A stretch of 64,000 nt of DNA, taken from the NCBI GenBank assembly GCA_963752475.1, contig CAVVYR010000019.1, positions 141,996 through 205,995 on the forward strand, given 5' to 3'. Under the pieces are notes generated by a model that was given only the letters and a program-made list of their open reading frames with translations, did not search any database and was not told the DNA's origin. The stretch comes from an uncultured Chloroflexia bacterium. Its GTDB lineage: Bacteria; Chloroflexota; Limnocylindria; Limnocylindrales; CSP1-4. A program made the translations under genes and the position numbers. This document shows, piece after piece, positions 59,701 through 64,000 of the stretch. Positions within the stretch are counted from its first letter, which is position 1. The number at the start of each line of letters is the position of its first letter.

Positions 59701-60966
59701 ATGGCCGCTCCTGAGGTCACCCCGGTGCAAGATGCGTGGGCGGTCGCCCAGCGCCAGTTCGACATCGCCGCCGACCGGCTGCAGCTGGATCCACAGCTCC
59801 GTGCCGTCCTGCGCGAGGCCGAGCGCGAGCTCATCGTTACGGTCCCCGTGCGCATGGACGACGGGCGAGTCGAGGTCTACAGCGGCTACCGCGTGCAGCA
59901 CAACCTCGGCCGCGGTCCGTCGAAGGGCGGCCTGCGCTACCACCAGGACGTGACCCTCAACGAGGTCCGGGCCCTGGCCATGTGGATGACCTGGAAGTGC
60001 GCCGTCGTGGGCATCCCCTTCGGTGGCGGCAAGGGCGGCGTGGCCGTCGATCCCAAGCAGTTGTCCGAACGCGAGCTGGAAGGCCTGACCCGCCGTTTCG
60101 CCACCAACATCAGCGTCATCATCGGCCCCCAGAGCGACATCCCCGCGCCGGACGTCAACACCAACCCGCAGGTCATGGCCTGGATCATGGACACCTACTC
60201 GATGCACGTCGGCCACACCGTGCCGGGCGTGGTCACGGGCAAGCCCATCAGTCTCGGCGGCTCCGAGGGCCGTGCGGAGGCTACCGGTCGCGGTGTCGTC
60301 GTGACCATCTCGGAGGCCGCGCGCCACATCGGGCTGGACCTCATCGGCGCCCGCGTCGGCATCCAGGGCTTCGGCAACGCCGGCTCTGTGGCGGCGACCC
60401 TGCTCGACTCCATGGGCGCCAGCGTCGTGGCCGTCTCGGACTCCCAGGGTGGCATCTACGCGATGGGCGGACTGGACATCAGGGCGGTCAAGGCCTGGAA
60501 GTCGGAACACGGCACGGTGGTGGGCTTCCCCGGCTCGGAGAACGTGACCAACGCCGAGCTGTTCGAGCTGGACCTCGACGTGCTGGTGCCGGCGGCGCTG
60601 GAGAACCAGATCACCCAGGCGAACGCGCCACGGGTGAAGGCCAGGATCGTGGCTGAGGCGGCCAACGGCCCCACCACCCCAGATGCGGACGAGATCCTCT
60701 ACGCCAACGGCATCTTCCTCATCCCTGACATCCTCTGCAACGCCGGCGGCGTGACCGTCTCCTACTTCGAGTGGGTCCAGGACTTCAACCGCGACCAGTG
60801 GTCCGAAGAGGTCGTCAACAGCAAACTCACGGCCATCATGGTCCGCTCCTTCGGAGAGGTCGTGGCCATGGCCGAGCGTGAAGAGGTCGACATGCGTACC
60901 GCGGCCTACCTGCTAGCGGTCGATCGGGTCGCTCAGGCCACCGCGCTTCGCGGGCTTTACCCCTAG
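59701..60966 (+). CDS. gdhA: Glu/Leu/Phe/Val dehydrogenase (glutamate dehydrogenase)
   Basis: RVQHN, KGGLRY, GGGKGG, DIPAPD, GFGNAG, EAANGP and GGVTVSYFEW motifs. Confidence 0.95.
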   Translation: MAAPEVTPVQDAWAVAQRQFDIAADRLQLDPQLRAVLREAERELIVTVPVRMDDGRVEVYSGYRVQHNLGRGPSKGGLRYHQDVTLNEVRALAMWMTWKCAVVGIPFGGGKGGVAVDPKQLSERELEGLTRRFATNISVIIGPQSDIPAPDVNTNPQVMAWIMDTYSMHVGHTVPGVVTGKPISLGGSEGRAEATGRGVVVTISEAARHIGLDLIGARVGIQGFGNAGSVAATLLDSMGASVVAVSDSQGGIYAMGGLDIRAVKAWKSEHGTVVGFPGSENVTNAELFELDLDVLVPAALENQITQANAPRVKARIVAEAANGPTTPDADEILYANGIFLIPDILCNAGGVTVSYFEWVQDFNRDQWSEEVVNSKLTAIMVRSFGEVVAMAEREEVDMRTAAYLLAVDRVAQATALRGLYP

Positions 60967-60983
60967 CTCAACGGAGGAACGCG

Positions 60984-61604
60984 ATGGTCGACCGACTGGA
61001 TCACGAGGAGCAGTTCCTCTTCAAGGAGGAGGTGCTTACGCTGGCCGAAGCACTCGGTGAGCCGGGCGCGCTGGACAACGTCGAGGACCTGCTCACCGAC
61101 GTCATCACCAGCCCGCGCTTCGACTCCGAGGTGTTCACGCTGGAGCGCTCGCTGCAGGTGATGCTGGGCGCTCGGCCGGGGACCACCCTTGTCGGTCTGC
61201 TCACGGTCTCGCCAGACGTCTTCGACCAGGTAGCAGAGGTGCGCATCACGCCGGATGTGCTGGAGCGCATGCGGGCCTGGCGGGCCCGCTTCGGCCTGGC
61301 CATCGACAACGCGCTCAACTTCCTCAACAACCCCGACGGCATCCAGGGCCACGACTTCTCTACACAGGTCGCCAACGCCGATGAACGGCGTGTGCTGCAG
61401 GGCCGCCTGACGCTCGTTCGCTACAACAACGAACCGCAGTTCTTCCTCGCCGACGCCCACGTCTTCTACGGCCTCATCGCTGACATCCTCGATCAGCTCG
61501 GCCCCTACACCGCGGAGGACACGGTCGACGACGATACGCTCATGCGCCTGCGTGATGCGCTCGATCGCATCGACCGCAACCTCGCCGCCCGAGGCCGCGA
61601 CTAG
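60984..61604 (+). CDS. Hypothetical acidic protein co-transcribed with gdh
   Basis: SD GGAGG, 17 bp after the gdh stop, GC3-biased codons. Confidence 0.75.
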   Translation: MVDRLDHEEQFLFKEEVLTLAEALGEPGALDNVEDLLTDVITSPRFDSEVFTLERSLQVMLGARPGTTLVGLLTVSPDVFDQVAEVRITPDVLERMRAWRARFGLAIDNALNFLNNPDGIQGHDFSTQVANADERRVLQGRLTLVRYNNEPQFFLADAHVFYGLIADILDQLGPYTAEDTVDDDTLMRLRDALDRIDRNLAARGRD

Positions 61605-61615
61605 CCCGGGTTCGG

Positions 61616-62020
61616 CCCATCCGGCAGCGCTGCGCGCGGTCTCGCCGTCATCCGTCGTGGCCGCGTCCACGGCTGTGGTCTCGTAGTCACCCGTCGCCCA
61701 GATCGACGCTACGGGTCCGGTCACGATCGCCTCTTGGCCAAGTGTCGCCGGTAGCGACGCTAACGCCCGGATCGTCTCGGTCTCGTAGTCGGTCGTCGTC
61801 CGAGTCGACGCTAGTCCAGCGAACGCGTCGTGCGTGTTGGACAACGGTCGATGGCGACGACACCCGACCATCGTGGGGCTTGAGGAGCTGTCGATCCGGG
61901 CGCATCGAGACCGCCGATGTCGTGGCCAGTGTCTACAAGAGCGGACGGTGTCGGTGGGGGCGACGGATGGCTACAAGATGGAGGGCGACGGATGGCGACA
62001 AGACCGAGGCCGCGGATGGG
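61616..62020. repeat. Large imperfect inverted-repeat (foldback) element made of ~21-bp repeats
   Basis: Left-arm units GGTCTCG(T/C)..TCA.CCGTCG are complemented by right-arm units CGACGGATGGC.ACAAGA, with nested inner stems. Confidence 0.7.
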
Positions 62021-62046
62021 CGGCCGTACGCGCTTGCCGGCGCGGG

Positions 62047-62652
62047 CTAGTCGAGCAGGCCCGCTGCCTCGAGCTCCGCGCGCAGTCCAGCCGCGCCCTT
62101 GAAGTGGTGCGTGTGGATGCCGTACGAGCGCGCCGCCACGGCGTTGGGCTCGTGGTCGTCGATGAAGATGATGTCTTCAGCCCGCAGGTCGTAGGTGCGC
62201 AGGAGGTAGTCGAAGATGTCGCGGTCGGGCTTGACCATCTTGATACGGCCGGAGACGACGACCCCGTCGAACAGCTCCAGCCAGTCGAACTTGGCCTCCG
62301 CATGCGGAAACATCTCCGCGGACCAGTTGCTTAGCGCATACAACGGAGTGCCTCTGGCCTTGAGCTCGCGCAGGATCTCGACGGTGTCCTCGTGGGAGCC
62401 GGCGAGCGTCTCGGACCAGCGCTCGGTGTAGAGGTCGAAGATCTCGGCCCAGCCGGGATAGTCGGCCTTGTTCCTGGCCATGGCCTCGTCCCACGAGTCG
62501 CCCTTGTCGCGCTCGAGGTTCCAGGCGTGGTTGAGGACATCGGCAAGCAGGGCCTCCATCTCGGCCTCACGGCCGGGCATGACCTTGCGCAACAGCTGGC
62601 GGGGTTCCCAGTCCACGAGGACCCCGCCCAGATCGAAGACGACGGTGTTCAC
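62047..62652 (-). CDS. HAD family phosphatase
   Basis: FDLGGVL, ALSN, KPD and FIDD motifs. Confidence 0.92.
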   Translation of the reverse strand: MNTVVFDLGGVLVDWEPRQLLRKVMPGREAEMEALLADVLNHAWNLERDKGDSWDEAMARNKADYPGWAEIFDLYTERWSETLAGSHEDTVEILRELKARGTPLYALSNWSAEMFPHAEAKFDWLELFDGVVVSGRIKMVKPDRDIFDYLLRTYDLRAEDIIFIDDHEPNAVAARSYGIHTHHFKGAAGLRAELEAAGLLD

Positions 62653-62692
62653 ACCCTGATGCTAGCGGGTCTGTGGCCGTACCCTTGAGTAC

Positions 62693-63994
62693 ATGCGACA
62701 GGTCTATCTTGCAGCCACCGGCCGCAACCGCGGGAAGACGACCCTCTCCCTTGGATTGCTGGCGGCGCTCATCGACAAGGGCATCGACACCGCCTTCACC
62801 AAGCCGGTGGGGCAGCGCTACGCCATGGTCGACGAGGTCCCGGCCGACGAGGACGCCATCCTCATGAAGGAGCTCTTCGGCCTGCAGGACGACTTCGTCG
62901 ACATGAGCCCGGTGCACATCCCGCGCGGCTTCACCAAGTCCTTCATCAAGGGCGAGGTCGTCGAAGACCTTTCCTCGAAGATCGATGTCGCACACCGCAA
63001 CCTCAGCGGCCACGAGATGCTGCTTATCGAGGGCACCGGCCATGCCGGCGTAGGTGCGGTCGTGGGCCTGTCGAACGCTGACGTGGCGGCCCGCATGCGG
63101 GCACCGGTGGTCATCGTCAGCGAGGGCGGTGTCGGCCGGCCCATCGATGAGATCGTGCTCAACCAGGCGCTCTTCGCGCGTCGCGGCGTGCCGCTCGTAG
63201 GAGCCGTCATCAACAAGGTCGACGTGGACGCCGACCCGACCCTGCCAGAGGTGCTCGAGCGCGGCCTCGCACTGCATGGCATCGACCTACTGGGCATCCT
63301 GCCCTACCGGCCGCTGCTCTCGTATCCCACGCTTTCGATGATCCTCGAGCAGCTCCACGGCGATCTGCTCAGCTCGGGCGAGGACATGGACCGCCACATC
63401 GAGCACATCGCCATCGGCTCGGGACAGGCACGGCACGTGCTCGAGAAGATCGGCCCCGGTTCGCTGCTCATCGTGCAGGGCGACCGCGAGGACGTCATCC
63501 ACGCGGTGATCGCGGCCAACGAGACGCAGAAGGAGCTGAACCAGGAGCCCGGGCTGCTCGACCGACTGCGCAGCCGCCCGGCCTTCGGGCGTGAGCCGGA
63601 AGACCCCGACGCCCGCCTGCTCGCAGGCATGGTCTTCACCAACGACCGGCGGCCGTCGGACCGTGACGTCGAGGCCCTGCGCACGGCCGGCATCTTCTCC
63701 CTGCTGGTATCCGAAGAGATCTACCCCATGGCCAGCCAGCTGCACAACCTGCTCATCAAGACGCACGTGCAGGACCGGGCCAAGATCGAAGCCATCAAGC
63801 AGGTCGTGGCCGAGAACTTCGATGTCGACATGCTGCTCGAGCGCCTCGATCAGCCGACGTACCCCTTCGGCGTGCCGCTGGGTGCGGCCGACACGGCGCC
63901 AGATGAGACGGCCGGGCCACGGACGCTGATGCGCAAGGGGCTGCAGCGCCTCGCCGAGGGCGCCTCCCGCCTGGGCGGGGTCAGTCGAGACTGA
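62693..63994 (+). CDS. Stand-alone BioD-like P-loop + DRTGG protein (phosphotransacetylase N-terminal-like)
   Basis: GRNRGKTT, KPVG, IEGTGH, INKV and QGDREDV motifs. No PTA catalytic domain. Confidence 0.85.
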   Translation: MRQVYLAATGRNRGKTTLSLGLLAALIDKGIDTAFTKPVGQRYAMVDEVPADEDAILMKELFGLQDDFVDMSPVHIPRGFTKSFIKGEVVEDLSSKIDVAHRNLSGHEMLLIEGTGHAGVGAVVGLSNADVAARMRAPVVIVSEGGVGRPIDEIVLNQALFARRGVPLVGAVINKVDVDADPTLPEVLERGLALHGIDLLGILPYRPLLSYPTLSMILEQLHGDLLSSGEDMDRHIEHIAIGSGQARHVLEKIGPGSLLIVQGDREDVIHAVIAANETQKELNQEPGLLDRLRSRPAFGREPEDPDARLLAGMVFTNDRRPSDRDVEALRTAGIFSLLVSEEIYPMASQLHNLLIKTHVQDRAKIEAIKQVVAENFDVDMLLERLDQPTYPFGVPLGAADTAPDETAGPRTLMRKGLQRLAEGASRLGGVSRD

Positions 63995-64000
63995 CGGGCT

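Noticed and set aside
61637-62006. ~21-bp repeats as a CRISPR array
   Set aside because: The repeats are degenerate, irregularly spaced and in inverted orientation.

Overview
High-GC bacterial chromosomal segment. Gene content and protein styles suggest Chloroflexota or a related high-GC lineage (inference only). Contents, left to right: a sugar ABC operon and tandem MFS genes with many single-base frameshifts (probably long-read indels); a LigD-type polymerase/primase and LigC; an ArsR-ArsP-thioredoxin module; a Q/Y/G-rich membrane protein; an L-arabinose regulon (araA, araB, araD, LacI and two ABC systems) with a shared tandem operator; trxA; tatA-folE with two paralogous exported proteins; a B12-binding domain with meaB; a VapBC pair; a complete shikimate operon (aroF-CM, aroA, aroC, aroE, aroK-aroB, aroQ, trpE/trpG-type pair); DegV; glutamate dehydrogenase. 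The most notable signals are absent from the ORF track. (1) A 9-aa leader peptide MTYQYWYFS, containing Tyr, Trp and Phe, followed by a hairpin and an intrinsic terminator upstream of the aro operon: a candidate pan-aromatic translational attenuator. (2) A 214-nt rod-shaped 6S-like ncRNA on the minus strand with its own sigma70-type promoter and downstream hairpin. (3) A ~400-bp foldback element built from ~21-bp repeats. (4) Pervasive leaderless TANNNT-N6-8-start gene architecture. No rRNA, tRNA, CRISPR array or intact transposase was seen.
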